Shown in pieces: positions 47,355-58,035 of a stretch of DNA of 64,000 nucleotides; position 1 is the first letter of the stretch, and the number at the start of each line of letters is the position of its first letter. A model generated the notes under the pieces. The model worked only from the letters and a program-made list of their open reading frames with translations. It ran no database searches and had not been told where the DNA came from. A program made the position numbers and the translations under genes. Origin of the DNA: an uncultured Rikenellaceae bacterium (lineage in GTDB: Bacteria > Bacteroidota > Bacteroidia > Bacteroidales > VadinHA17); the NCBI GenBank assembly GCA_964514725.1, contig CAZEUL010000004.1, positions 66,881 to 130,880 of the forward strand, read 5' to 3'.

Positions 47355-48338
47355 ATGAAGTACAGAAATTTTGGAAATACTGAAATAAAACTTTCAGCCA
47401 TAGGCCTGGGATGCATGAGTATGAGTCACGCCTATACCGGAAGAGATGATAAAGAGTCAATTGCCACTTTACACAGGGCCATAGATCTAGGTATCAATTT
47501 CTGGGATACAGCCGATATTTATGGTAATGGTGAAAATGAAACGCTTATTTCCAGAGTACTTCAGCATAACAGGGATAAGGTATTTATTGCTACAAAATTC
47601 GGTTTCAGGGCAACACCTGAAGATCCATTTTATCTTGACACTTCTCCTGTTTATATGAGAACCGCCATTGAAGCCAGCCTTCGCAGGTTGAAAACTGATG
47701 TGATCGATCTATACTATGCTCATCGCATCGATCCGCGTGTACCTGTAGAAGAAATGACAGGAGCAATGAGTGAACTTGTCAAAGAGGGCAAAGTTCGTTT
47801 TATTGGACTCTCAGAAGCATCTGTCAGATCTATTCGAAAAGCTTATGCAGTTCATCCTGTTTCAGCACTTCAGAGCGAATACTCTCTCCTTACAAGGGAT
47901 CCTGAAACAGAATTAATGCCCCTATGTCAGGAACTTAAAATAACCTTTGTCCCATTCAGTCCCCTGGCCAGAGGTTTAATGAGCGCCACTCTTGATACAG
48001 ATAAGCTTGACAAGGATGATTTCAGGTTTACACTTCCCAGGTTTTCAGGTAAAAATCTTAACAATAATCAGCAATTAGCCAAGGCGTTGAGTGATCTGGC
48101 TCATGACAAGAATTGTACTGCAGCTCAGTTGGCTCTGGCCTGGATCCTTTCAAAAGGTCAGTATATTATCCCGATTCCGGGTACAAGGCACAGAAAATAC
48201 CTTGAAGAAAATGCTGCCGCTGCGGATATTGAGATTAGTCAGAGTGATGCAGTTGAAATAGAATCGCTGCTCACTAGGTTTCCTGACATAGGGTTAAGAT
48301 ATCCTGAAACTTATGCCCGGCAGGTTGACAAGAACTAA
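47355..48338 (+). CDS. aldo/keto reductase
   Basis: 327 aa. Contains LGLGCMSMS, the FWDTADIYG catalytic Asp/Tyr region, ATKFG, YYAHRID, IGLSE, the LQSEYSLL block and IPIPGTR. Confidence 0.9.
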   Translation: MKYRNFGNTEIKLSAIGLGCMSMSHAYTGRDDKESIATLHRAIDLGINFWDTADIYGNGENETLISRVLQHNRDKVFIATKFGFRATPEDPFYLDTSPVYMRTAIEASLRRLKTDVIDLYYAHRIDPRVPVEEMTGAMSELVKEGKVRFIGLSEASVRSIRKAYAVHPVSALQSEYSLLTRDPETELMPLCQELKITFVPFSPLARGLMSATLDTDKLDKDDFRFTLPRFSGKNLNNNQQLAKALSDLAHDKNCTAAQLALAWILSKGQYIIPIPGTRHRKYLEENAAAADIEISQSDAVEIESLLTRFPDIGLRYPETYARQVDKN

Positions 48339-48394
48339 TGCAAAAAATCAGGCCTGGAAAAATTTATGGCCGGGGATCAGTACCTTTCAAATAG

Positions 48395-48595
48395 TTAATC
48401 CTTATTGCATTGACATTTGTAGAGATATATGAAAAGGGCAATCGTGACAAGAAAGAAGCTGTTTGCCACGTGAAAGTAACTTACTATATGCTCTCCGGGA
48501 AGGAATTTTCCAAACAGAAATTGAATTCCTCCCAGAATAACCAAAATTGCCCCGATTACCAATGAAATCCATGAGGTCCAGTTTAATAATTTCAT
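48395..48595 (-). CDS. hypothetical small two-helix membrane protein
   Basis: 66-aa ORF with two clear hydrophobic helices. There is no other support. Confidence 0.35.
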   Translation of the reverse strand: MKLLNWTSWISLVIGAILVILGGIQFLFGKFLPGEHIVSYFHVANSFFLVTIALFIYLYKCQCNKD

Positions 48596-48854
48596 AGCTC
48601 CAGTTTTTAAAGAATTAATTTTAGTTGATCAAAGTTAAGCTATGAGTATTTAAAAGTCAATAAAAGGTGTTAAGCCAAATTAGTTTTATGCCAACAATTA
48701 ACAGAGATTTTTGAAATGGTTCCGTCCTGCTGTATAGAAAAGGCTATAAAACAACTTCAGCACATTAAAAATAAAATTTGACATTGAACTAATTTTATTC
48801 TAACTTAGATATCAAAATTCCTATAAAAGACCTAATCTATAAATACTTATCCAA

Positions 48855-49280
48855 ATGAAAAAGATTGCTAATGCATTTATTGTTTTTACTATGCTTGCCG
48901 CCCTCATGGTCAGTTCCTGTAAAAAGGACGAAGATGACAGGGTAAAGTTCGTCGGGACGTATTCAATAAGTGAAACCTGGACTCTCGATGGAGGAGGAAC
49001 CGGAACTGATAATTATGTTATCAGCATTTCGCTTTCAAGTATTGATGAAAACCAGGTTATTATCCAGAACCTGGGAAATACAATCACGGTTTTCGGTGCA
49101 CAAATGAACGTAACTGCAAATGTAAGCGGAAACTCTCTTACAATTCCAACCCAGTCCATATCAGTTGGCGATTATTCACTTACAGTTTCCGGAACGGGTG
49201 CACTAAATGACAAACTGTTAACCATCAATTATCTTATTGTTGGTCAGTGGCAGGGGCAGTGTTCGGGATTTAAGCAATAA
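48855..49280 (+). CDS. hypothetical lipoprotein
   Basis: The lipoprotein signal is FTMLAALMVSSCKKDEDD. The mature part of 141 aa is beta-rich. Confidence 0.5.
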   Translation: MKKIANAFIVFTMLAALMVSSCKKDEDDRVKFVGTYSISETWTLDGGGTGTDNYVISISLSSIDENQVIIQNLGNTITVFGAQMNVTANVSGNSLTIPTQSISVGDYSLTVSGTGALNDKLLTINYLIVGQWQGQCSGFKQ

Positions 49281-49624
49281 AGTTGCATTTTATTTTGTTC
49301 CCCAAAAATCAGCCCTAAAACAGGGAGGAAATATTGAAAAATTGTCAATAAAATGGCTGTACGTTCATTATAATCCTTCATAAAACCTTTTTAGCATCAA
49401 CAAATGCGGGATAGTGTTGATCATAAAATAATTAATGAATTAATGCTCATGGGGCCCTTATAAAATGGTCAAGTACATGCCTGAATTAGGTTCGGAATTA
49501 TTTATCAATGCTAAAATTGACTCTAATTGAACTTCAGTAAGTTAATCAAGCCTGTGATTTAAGGAAAGAGAGCCTTTTTATTAATCTCATGCTTGTCGGC
49601 TGTTGATAATAAGGAGAGATAACT

Positions 49625-51028
49625 TTACTTTCCTATGCAAAAATTCCTGAATATGTTTCCCAGTATCTCATCTGTGGTGATCTCACCTGTGATTTCGCCC
49701 AGGTAATGAATTGCATGCCTTATATCTATGGCAATAAGGTCCTCAGGCATACCGTTTTCAAGTCCGGATATTATCCTGCTGACACTTTCGGAAACCCTCT
49801 TAAGGGCTTCATAATGCCTTAAACTGGTAACAATCACATCTTCATCCGAAAGGTGTGCTGCACCCGTGATCTCAAGAAGATGATCCTTAAGCTCATCTAT
49901 TCCTGTGCCATATTTTGCTGAAATAAACAGAACACTTTCGTTTTCTTCTATTCGTATCTTTTCTGACAACTCATTAATTACCCGCTCCGAAGCCTCATCA
50001 GTCTTATTTACAAGTATTATTAATCTGCAATCGGGATCATTGATCATCATTCGTATGCTATCGGCCCTTCTGTTAATATCCTCAACTTTTTCAGAGGCTT
50101 CATCAACCATCAGTACAACTGAAGCCCTGGCAATCACATCAAGCGTTCTCCTGATCCCCATGCCTTCCACAACATCTGAAGTATCACGTAAGCCTGCTGT
50201 ATCTATAAACCTGTAAATCAAGCCACTTATATTCACAGTGTCTTCAATCGAGTCCCTGGTGGTTCCCGGTATGTCAGTAACGATCGCCTTTTCTTCATTC
50301 AGCAGAAAGTTCAGCAGGGTCGATTTTCCCGAATTTGGTTTCCCCACAATAGCCACGGGAATCCCGTTCTTAATGGCATTTCCCATTTTAAAGGATGCTG
50401 AAAGTTTGTCGGTCAGCTCTTTTGTCTTTTGAATTATGGTCATTAACTCCTGCCTGTCAGCGAATTCGACATCCTCCTCTCCAAAATCAAGCTCAAGCTC
50501 AATCAGAGAGGCCAACCTGAGGAACTCAGACCTCAACTTACTTATTTCAGCCGAAAAACCTCCCCTTATCTGATTGATTGCAATCCGGTGAGACGACTTT
50601 GATGCTGAAGCTACAAGATCGGCAACAGCTTCTGCCTGCGAGAGATCCATTTTCCCGTTAAGGAAGGCTCTTTGCGTGAATTCACCGGGTCGGGCACTTG
50701 ATGCCCCTGCTTTCAGCAGAAGTTCCAGAATTCGTGAAACGATATAGGATGAACCGTGACAGGAAATTTCAGCTGAGTCCTCTCCAGTATACGAATGTGG
50801 GGCTTTGAATAATGATACCAGCACTTCATCGATCAATTCATCCTGATCACGGATCTCCCCATGAAGAACTGAATATCCTTTCCTGTTTAGGATATCTGCA
50901 TTTTTATCAGTCGGATGGAAAATCCTGCCAAGTATTCTCAACGCATCCGGTCCGCTGATCCTGATTAAGGCAATAGCGCCGCCATGAGAGGTCGCAGGAG
51001 CACATATTGTCTCTTCACGTCTTAACAT
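49625..51028 (-). CDS. mnmE: tRNA modification GTPase MnmE (TrmE)
   Basis: G1 is GKPNSGKSTLLN, G3 is DTAGLR and G4 is NKTD. The N-terminal block is ETICAPATSHGGAIALIRISG and the invariant C-terminus is CIGK. The start is trimmed to ATG 51028. Confidence 0.95.
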   Translation of the reverse strand: MLRREETICAPATSHGGAIALIRISGPDALRILGRIFHPTDKNADILNRKGYSVLHGEIRDQDELIDEVLVSLFKAPHSYTGEDSAEISCHGSSYIVSRILELLLKAGASSARPGEFTQRAFLNGKMDLSQAEAVADLVASASKSSHRIAINQIRGGFSAEISKLRSEFLRLASLIELELDFGEEDVEFADRQELMTIIQKTKELTDKLSASFKMGNAIKNGIPVAIVGKPNSGKSTLLNFLLNEEKAIVTDIPGTTRDSIEDTVNISGLIYRFIDTAGLRDTSDVVEGMGIRRTLDVIARASVVLMVDEASEKVEDINRRADSIRMMINDPDCRLIILVNKTDEASERVINELSEKIRIEENESVLFISAKYGTGIDELKDHLLEITGAAHLSDEDVIVTSLRHYEALKRVSESVSRIISGLENGMPEDLIAIDIRHAIHYLGEITGEITTDEILGNIFRNFCIGK

Positions 51029-51174
51029 AAAGTAAAATCCTGTAGTCAGCAAATTTAGGAAACTTTAAATCTTCAGGACATGGAACGGTAATAAAAACAG
51101 CTGTTTTCACAGTTTAAAAACGATTTAAATATTATCTTTAAAAGCATTATGCAAATGTAAAACCGGACTCTAAA

Positions 51175-52143
51175 ATGAAAAAAGCAGTTGTTCTGTTATC
51201 CGTATTTTCAATTCTAACAATTAACTATGCTTTCCAGACCATGAAAAATCCAAAGTCAGAAATCAAATCAAAACCAATAAATGCAACTATTCTTCTGCCA
51301 GACGCTCAGAGTGGTTATTACAGGGGCACACGTTTTGACTGGTCAGGGGTAATATCTGATCTTACCTGCAACGGTCACACTTATTTCGGCAAATGGTTCG
51401 ACAAGTACAGTCCGACCCTTCACGATGCAATAATGGGTCCCGTAGAGGAATTCGCTCCCCTGGGATATGAGAAAGCTGCTCCCGGCGGGAATTTTGTGAT
51501 GATAGGTATTGGCTTGCTTAAAAAGCCTGATGACAAAAAGCATGACAGATTCGGTTATTATCAGATTATTGATCCCGGAAAATGGAAAATAAAGAAGAAA
51601 AGTGATGAGATTGAGTTCAATCACAAACTTAACAGCGATGATTTTTCATATGATTATACGAAAACTGTGAAGCTGATCAAGGACAAGCCCTTTATGGAAA
51701 TTGACCACAAGCTTAAGAATACAGGAAAGGAGAGCATTATTACAAATGTTTACAATCATCATTTCTTTGTGATGGACAACCAGCCGGTTGGTCCGGATTT
51801 CACGATAACCTTTCCGTTCAAACTGAAAGGAGAAGGACAGGGATTCGGTACCATTGCAGAATTAAAAGATAACAAGATCATATTCAATCGTATCCTGAAT
51901 AAGGGCGAGACGGTATTTTGCGGGTCCCTCACAGGCTTCAGCAGCAAACCGGAAGATCTTGATGTAAGGATTGAGAACAGGGCCACCGGGGCAGGAGTGA
52001 GGATCACAGGCGACCGGCCGCTTTCAAAACTTATTTTCTGGGCATGTCCGACAACGCCTTGTCCTGAGACCTATGTAGACATCAGGATAGAACCCGGACA
52101 GGAGTTTACCTGGAAATTCATCTATGAATTTTACACTCTGTAA
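51175..52143 (+). CDS. hypothetical secreted protein
   Basis: 322-aa ORF with a signal peptide. It has a weak galactose-mutarotase-like flavour (HKLKNTGKESIITNVYNHHFF) that I cannot substantiate. Confidence 0.45.
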   Translation: MKKAVVLLSVFSILTINYAFQTMKNPKSEIKSKPINATILLPDAQSGYYRGTRFDWSGVISDLTCNGHTYFGKWFDKYSPTLHDAIMGPVEEFAPLGYEKAAPGGNFVMIGIGLLKKPDDKKHDRFGYYQIIDPGKWKIKKKSDEIEFNHKLNSDDFSYDYTKTVKLIKDKPFMEIDHKLKNTGKESIITNVYNHHFFVMDNQPVGPDFTITFPFKLKGEGQGFGTIAELKDNKIIFNRILNKGETVFCGSLTGFSSKPEDLDVRIENRATGAGVRITGDRPLSKLIFWACPTTPCPETYVDIRIEPGQEFTWKFIYEFYTL

Positions 52144-52224
52144 TTGAAGTAATAAAAGATAACCTGTTATGATCCCCTACCCGGGTGCCGGGCGTTAAAG
52201 GGCCTAACGTAAACAAACTGAACC

Positions 52225-53001
52225 TTATCTCTCCAGGTTCTGCAAGCTGAAGAGGGAGTCATCAATTTTTGATCCTTCATTTATCTCGCTGAAGCTGATC
52301 TCCGATTTTCGTTTTGTAATCAGGTTTTCTGCGATCATGTCCGTTATGAGGAACTTGCCTCCCGTAAGATTCTGAATATTCTTTATCTCAATGACCTTAA
52401 AAAGCACATTGTCGAAGTTATAGAATTCCATCTTAATTACCTGGTTATCAGACATTCTGACATAGCTTATTTTTCTTGAGTAACCGTATTCATCAGACTT
52501 TTTATCATCGGCAGGGATGCTTTCGATTATCCATTGTCCGTTCTGTCCTGATTTATCAAGATGCCTGGATTTGAAATCCGAAGGGGCAGGGGAGCTCATA
52601 TCGGCATTTGAGAACTCTGAGCTCATGAAGCTTTTACCCTTTTCAGATGATACGATCCGCCTGGTCTTTTTAAGGGCAGGCAGGTAAATCCACATCTCGT
52701 CGGCGGTGTTTTTATTATCGACCACAAGCATAGCGGTACCTTTGACGTCAGCAGGCTCAATGAATTTGATCAGGCGTTTCTCTGCACCATCCGGATAGCT
52801 CTTACTGATCATTGAAATAGTCCTGTTGCGCATCGATCCATTTTTTTCGGTAATTGCAAGATGTATCTTCGCGCTAAGAGTGCCAGTAATGCTCAGTTCA
52901 CGCGATCTTTCCAGTATCTGGCCGGCATCAGGTTGCTGTGCCGCTGCCTGCAAAAGCGGCAGTAGAAGTACCAATAACAGTCTGTTCAGTTTCATGTTCA
53001 T
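52225..53001 (-). CDS. LolA-like outer-membrane lipoprotein-sorting protein
   Basis: Has a signal peptide. The block IKFIEPADVKGTAMLVVDNKNTADEMWIYLPALKKTRRIVSSEKGKSFMSSEFSNADM is typical of the LolA-like family found next to RND/MMPL exporters. Confidence 0.75.
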   Translation of the reverse strand: MNMKLNRLLLVLLLPLLQAAAQQPDAGQILERSRELSITGTLSAKIHLAITEKNGSMRNRTISMISKSYPDGAEKRLIKFIEPADVKGTAMLVVDNKNTADEMWIYLPALKKTRRIVSSEKGKSFMSSEFSNADMSSPAPSDFKSRHLDKSGQNGQWIIESIPADDKKSDEYGYSRKISYVRMSDNQVIKMEFYNFDNVLFKVIEIKNIQNLTGGKFLITDMIAENLITKRKSEISFSEINEGSKIDDSLFSLQNLER

Positions 53002-55270
53002 TCTTTTTTGCTGTATTTGTTGTGAATCCGATAAATCCGGGCCTGAACCTGATAAGGAAAGCCGGGATCACTATCAGGGCGCCTGCAAGGCAAGATGCTA
53101 TGGAGATAATCACAAGGTATCCGAAAAACCTGATCGATGTAAATCCTGAAAAAATTAGAGCTGAAAAACCAGCCATTACACTTAAGGCATTGATGATTAT
53201 GCTGCGGCCTATGGTTCTGATCGCTGTCTCCGTAGCTTTTGAATATGACAGGCCTGAATTTATCTGCAGATTAAAGCACCAGATATACTGAATGGTGAAA
53301 TCAACTCCTACGCCTATCATTATTGAAGATAGGAGGGCCGTGGCAGCATCGAGGGCTATACCTGTAAAACCCATGGATCCGAACAGGATCATAATTGACG
53401 CAACAAGAGGGATAGAACCTATCAGCCCTCCTTTAAAAGACCTGAAAATAATAGTCAGCAGAAAAAATACTGTTATCACTGCAAAAACAAGCGAGAATAC
53501 CTGTCCCCTTATTATTGAACCGGCAAAGTCTGCCATTATGACCGCATAGCCACCAACCAGAACTTCCGCAGGAATATGTGATGATAACTCCTCAATACGT
53601 TTCTTGACATTGTTAATGGTCCTGTTGTCAGGTGCAGAAAGCCGTATCAGAAGATGTGCTTTGGTGTTGTCCAGATTCATAAGCTGCTCAAAATCATCAG
53701 GATTTCCACTCATATTATAAAGTTCAAACATTTGGGCTATACCCTCACTTGTCTCCGGGATCTGATCGTAACCATCTTCAGTAGCGGTGTAGATAGCCTT
53801 ACTCATCTCTCTTACTACCTGCGATATGGAGAAAACACTTCCCACGCCTTTTTGCTTTTCAAGTTCATTAGTCATCCTGTCAATGCCTTTCATGACTTCA
53901 GGACTTTTTATATCGCCCGAAATCATAACTGAAATTGTCTGGGATCCCCCGAACTTTGAATTGATAATTTCCGAAGCTTTCTTTACAGGATGATTCTTAG
54001 AAAAGAAATTCTCCTGATTTGTATCTGTTTTCAGGAATGCAAAACCTATTGAAAAGACAAGAATTATTGCAAGCGAAAAAACCAGGATCTTCCCGGGTGA
54101 CCTGACCACAAAGCGGGTGAGGCTGAGAAGGAATTTGTCAAAAGTTTTGGTCGCTTTAATGTTTGAAGTGTAATTGTTTCGCCTTGTGCCGGTTATAAAT
54201 ATAGATGCTGGAATAAGAAAGAGACTTAATAAAAGGGCAACTGCAACTCCCGATGCAGCAAGTATACCAACCTGCCTGGCCGGAATGATCGAATGTACAA
54301 GAAGTCCAAGAATTCCTGCAATAGTAGTCAGCCCGCTGAAAAGAATTGGCATGTGGAGAGAACGGATCAGAATCTTTACCAGCTCATTGTCAGACATGGT
54401 CGGGTATTTGATCTTCAATTCCTGAAACCTGGCTACGAGATATATCCCGTAATTGTTTGCAACGGCTATCAGGATAACAGGAACCAGCACTGTGATTACC
54501 GACATCTTCCAGCCGGCGAGAGGCACAAGAGCCATGCTGAATCCGACCGACAGTACTACTGCACTGAAAGGCATGAAAACGCTTCTCCACGATCCAAGAT
54601 TAAGCCTAAGGACCAGGAGCATTATAAAAAGAGCAGCAGGGATAAGGATGATCGCATCTTTTCCCACATCACCGATAAGGATTTTTCTGATATATGGCAG
54701 CCCACCCTTTACCACTGCTGCCCTGCCTTTATTACAGTTAATTACAGAATCAATTCTGCCAAGAATCACATTTTCCGGTGCAGATTTGTTTATATTGGCG
54801 GTAATTGACGCAGTTGTAAGATCAGACGACACTACGACTCCACGGGCAAATTTGTTAGCAAGGATTTTATCAGCCAGTTCGTCTGACCCGGTGAAATCGT
54901 CCGGAATATCGGTAAGTAGTGGCTCGGCTACCATCATTCCATCTTCATCCCTTATGCTCTTGACAGTAAAGGGTGACATTCTGCTGCTAACTCCACCAAT
55001 TTTGGAGATACCCCTGTCTATTTCTTTGATATGCCTGAGATTATCACTTGTCAGAATGCAACTGTCGGTGAACATTATCATCACCATATCCTGTACTCCA
55101 AATTCCTTCTCGATCCTGTCTGTAATAATCCTTGAATCTATCGTGGAGGGAACATAGTTTCTCATCTCGGGGTCAATTTTGACCATCGGAATAATGACAA
55201 ATGAAGCCATTCCTCCCAATATGCAAAGCATTATGATTACCCATCTGTACCTGTAAATAATATCTGTCAT
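52928..55270 (-). CDS. MMPL/RND-superfamily exporter (HpnN-like, 12 TM with two periplasmic loops)
   Basis: 780 aa. The pattern of one TM, a large loop and five TM occurs twice. The Gly/Ala-rich TM blocks (GLTTIAGILGLL, GVGVDFTIQY) are typical of MMPL/SSD transporters. The 3' end overlaps the LolA-like gene by 74 nt. Confidence 0.85.
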   Translation of the reverse strand: MTDIIYRYRWVIIMLCILGGMASFVIIPMVKIDPEMRNYVPSTIDSRIITDRIEKEFGVQDMVMIMFTDSCILTSDNLRHIKEIDRGISKIGGVSSRMSPFTVKSIRDEDGMMVAEPLLTDIPDDFTGSDELADKILANKFARGVVVSSDLTTASITANINKSAPENVILGRIDSVINCNKGRAAVVKGGLPYIRKILIGDVGKDAIILIPAALFIMLLVLRLNLGSWRSVFMPFSAVVLSVGFSMALVPLAGWKMSVITVLVPVILIAVANNYGIYLVARFQELKIKYPTMSDNELVKILIRSLHMPILFSGLTTIAGILGLLVHSIIPARQVGILAASGVAVALLLSLFLIPASIFITGTRRNNYTSNIKATKTFDKFLLSLTRFVVRSPGKILVFSLAIILVFSIGFAFLKTDTNQENFFSKNHPVKKASEIINSKFGGSQTISVMISGDIKSPEVMKGIDRMTNELEKQKGVGSVFSISQVVREMSKAIYTATEDGYDQIPETSEGIAQMFELYNMSGNPDDFEQLMNLDNTKAHLLIRLSAPDNRTINNVKKRIEELSSHIPAEVLVGGYAVIMADFAGSIIRGQVFSLVFAVITVFFLLTIIFRSFKGGLIGSIPLVASIMILFGSMGFTGIALDAATALLSSIMIGVGVDFTIQYIWCFNLQINSGLSYSKATETAIRTIGRSIIINALSVMAGFSALIFSGFTSIRFFGYLVIISIASCLAGALIVIPAFLIRFRPGFIGFTTNTAKKNEHETEQTVIGTSTAAFAGSGTAT

Positions 55271-55273
55271 AAC

Positions 55274-56659
55274 CTAGAAATCAATTCTCAGTGAAACATA
55301 GACACCATTCATGAAATCATCTATCAGAGCGTAAAGTGAATTTTTACGTCCGGTATATATTTCCGCACCTGCAGTGATTGTAAGTCCATCTGTTGGTTTG
55401 GCCTTTATTTCCGGCATAAGCATCAGGTCGCGGTATGAGAAGTTATAAAGAGCCGTGACGGAAGGTAGCAGCCTGCCATAGGCAAATTCGCCCTCGATCT
55501 TCAGGCTCCCTGCATGTGCGAACTCCTTCATCTGATAGTTGTATAGCCTGTTAAATGCACCAACCTGCTGCCGGAAATACTCACGGATATCAAATCCGGG
55601 TGTCTGGAGAAGTGCAGCAATCCTTGAATAGTCGGGTTCCGTTCCTATCAACGGATCGGCCGGGAGGTAAGAGAAGTCAGTAATATATTTTCCGTTGTAT
55701 TCTCCATTAAAGCGCCATATACCTGATGTCCAGTCGATTCCCGCAGCCCATTTTATTTCGGGCATGGGAACATATTCGCTGATAGTGTAATCAGTATATG
55801 GTTTTGTCCATGCAGCCTCCCCTCGCAGGCTTGCAGAATTAAGGGCCGTTTCGAAATCAAATCCGGCCATCCTGATTTTATAAGGTTTTACAGTCAGTCC
55901 GGCCGACATTACAGGCATTGGCTGAGTGAAGTCCATTGAAAATTCCGACAATTCAATTCCAGGCATCGGATCATACCCGTCAAACCATGATATACCCATA
56001 TCGATGCCGCGGAGATGGAAGTCCGCCTTCAGGGCATAACTTATCATTTCTTTATCAGTAATTATGGCGTCAATCTGTTTTATTGTGACATTTTCAGGAA
56101 GGGGTACCGGATCAATTATAAGGGCCGACGACCTGTAATATGGAATGACGACAGCACTGATATCAAGAAATGATGATGGATGAAGGCCAAAAGAAGCAAG
56201 CAGGTTACCCATGTTCATGTCCTCCCTGTCGGGAGAGCGGGAAATCATATTCTGCGGACTCAGCTTTGAGGTGGGATTTGTGAAATCGCAACGGCCCCAT
56301 TTAATTATTTTCTGTCCTAATGAAAGATCCCATCTTTTACCATTCAGCTTCACAAAAGCTTCTCTGATATCTAATCCGGACACCGGTTTAAGAAATTCCG
56401 AACCATACCTGAACCGGATGTCTGCAAAAGCATTAAAGACTGATCCATCGCCTGTTTCAAGCCTGAGTCCAAAGTCTGAAAAAGCACTTGAAACCATTAT
56501 TTTCTTATCCTCATTGTCGGTCCAGGAGTAAAGACCTGCCCTGACAAATCCATTAAATTCTGTCTTCCAGTTTCCTGAATTTAATTGAATAGTATCCTGT
56601 GCGAAACTGGGGATGCTGACAGCCAGGAAAAGTACGACTGAATAATGGACCAGTTTCAT
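55274..56659 (-). CDS. putative outer-membrane beta-barrel protein
   Basis: Has a signal peptide. The sequence is beta-strand-rich with an alternating pattern and ends in the aromatic terminus YVSLRIDF. It is the first structural gene of the MMPL operon, 3 nt upstream of the MMPL start. Confidence 0.6.
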   Translation of the reverse strand: MKLVHYSVVLFLAVSIPSFAQDTIQLNSGNWKTEFNGFVRAGLYSWTDNEDKKIMVSSAFSDFGLRLETGDGSVFNAFADIRFRYGSEFLKPVSGLDIREAFVKLNGKRWDLSLGQKIIKWGRCDFTNPTSKLSPQNMISRSPDREDMNMGNLLASFGLHPSSFLDISAVVIPYYRSSALIIDPVPLPENVTIKQIDAIITDKEMISYALKADFHLRGIDMGISWFDGYDPMPGIELSEFSMDFTQPMPVMSAGLTVKPYKIRMAGFDFETALNSASLRGEAAWTKPYTDYTISEYVPMPEIKWAAGIDWTSGIWRFNGEYNGKYITDFSYLPADPLIGTEPDYSRIAALLQTPGFDIREYFRQQVGAFNRLYNYQMKEFAHAGSLKIEGEFAYGRLLPSVTALYNFSYRDLMLMPEIKAKPTDGLTITAGAEIYTGRKNSLYALIDDFMNGVYVSLRIDF

Positions 56660-56776
56660 CAGTTCATTTTTCCTTCAAAAGAAAGAGATTAAATCGGTGT
56701 AATCGTCCAGACCGCTCTGATAGTACCGGCCAACAGGACAATAAATGTCCTGCCCGCTAAGTCTGGACAAGAAGGA

Positions 56777-57898
56777 TTATTTTGAAATACCGGTAATTTT
56801 TTGCCTATATTCGCTTGGAGTGAGCCCTGTCTGGCTTTTAAATATGGAATTAAAAGCCGCTTTTGAATTAAATCCGGAATCGAACGCGATTGCCAGGATA
56901 GTAAAATTATTGTATTTGGGATTTTCAAATCTTTTCTGTACTTCCTTCACCCTATATTCATTAATGAACGTAAAAAAGTTCCGCTTATATTTTTCATTTA
57001 AGACTTGTGTTATATGATGTCTTGAAATCCCTGTTAGCTCAGACAGGTCATGAATTGAAAGATCACCGTTAAGATATGGTTTATCTTTTTCCATGCAATG
57101 AAGTAGTTTTTGAAGATATTTGTCGGCTTCATCTTCCTTAAGTCCGCTTTTAATATACTTTTCAGGTTCCTTTTTTTCTTCATTATGATTATGAACAAGT
57201 TCACCGAAGATTACAGGTTGCTTTATACCATAGAAGCTGTAAACTATTGAAAAAAGCGCAATAAAACCAAATACCACGAAGTAAGGATCAAAAGGTATAT
57301 AGTTACCGATCATATTCAGACCTCCGAGTATGAACAGGATAAAATAAGACACATAGAAACTTATTGATAATATTTTCAACCAGTTAAGAGTGATTTTCTG
57401 TGATGTATATGAAACAAGGTCTTTAAGTTTTGTCTGGTGTCTCCTGATTTCAATAAAAGCGAGTGTGCTGTAAATGGTTATTGAAAGATAGAAGGAGACT
57501 GAATAAACGATTCTGAGAGGCATTAGTTTATCAGGCTTGAAAAATCCTCTAAGGTCCCTTACCAGCGGTTCAGATCTGAATATGACTGAAATAGTAAAAA
57601 AAGCTACAAATGGTATAAAATGCAATAATGCCAGCCAGTTGAACTTCCTCCCGGGAAGAGTCATAAACCTTACATAAAGATAAAGGAATGGACCGTATGT
57701 AAAAGTGAAGAACGGGAACGAATACATTTCTATTACATTGCTGTTAATCAGAGCAAAGATCATTTCAATGCAAATAATAAACAACCATGCAGCCATCAGC
57801 CTGTTGGCAGTTGTCACAGGTTTCTTTGTCGATATCAGCAAACCGGCAAAAAATGACTGAGAAATGCCAATATACAATACCGGCTCAATATTGACCAT
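56777..57898 (-). CDS. AraC-family transcriptional regulator with a polytopic N-terminal membrane domain
   Basis: About seven hydrophobic helices are followed by a C-terminal AraC double HTH (LSELTGISRHHITQVLN...ILAIAFDSGFNSKAAFNSIFKSQTGLTPSEYR). Confidence 0.85.
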   Translation of the reverse strand: MVNIEPVLYIGISQSFFAGLLISTKKPVTTANRLMAAWLFIICIEMIFALINSNVIEMYSFPFFTFTYGPFLYLYVRFMTLPGRKFNWLALLHFIPFVAFFTISVIFRSEPLVRDLRGFFKPDKLMPLRIVYSVSFYLSITIYSTLAFIEIRRHQTKLKDLVSYTSQKITLNWLKILSISFYVSYFILFILGGLNMIGNYIPFDPYFVVFGFIALFSIVYSFYGIKQPVIFGELVHNHNEEKKEPEKYIKSGLKEDEADKYLQKLLHCMEKDKPYLNGDLSIHDLSELTGISRHHITQVLNEKYKRNFFTFINEYRVKEVQKRFENPKYNNFTILAIAFDSGFNSKAAFNSIFKSQTGLTPSEYRQKITGISK

Positions 57899-58035
57899 GA
57901 AATATATTATATAGATTTTATAACAAATATAGAGAAAAAGACCGGATAAATGAGGTATATTTGGAAAACAGGCAATGTGTTATTTTAAAAAACCATAAAC
58001 TTTTGCCAGGGCAATTCATTAAATATCTTGATATT

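Noticed and set aside
57961-58035. N-terminal extensions given by the ORF track for sucD. The same applies to fabG (58996-59067), anSME (42314-42385), mnmE (51029-51052), the second sulfatase (28764-28799), the beta-barrel gene (8960-9022) and the three-TM propeller (19195-19233).
   Set aside because: The extensions have no homology to the respective families. They overlap promoters, repeats or upstream genes. Canonical family N-termini or signal peptides begin at the internal Met codons chosen in the feature list.
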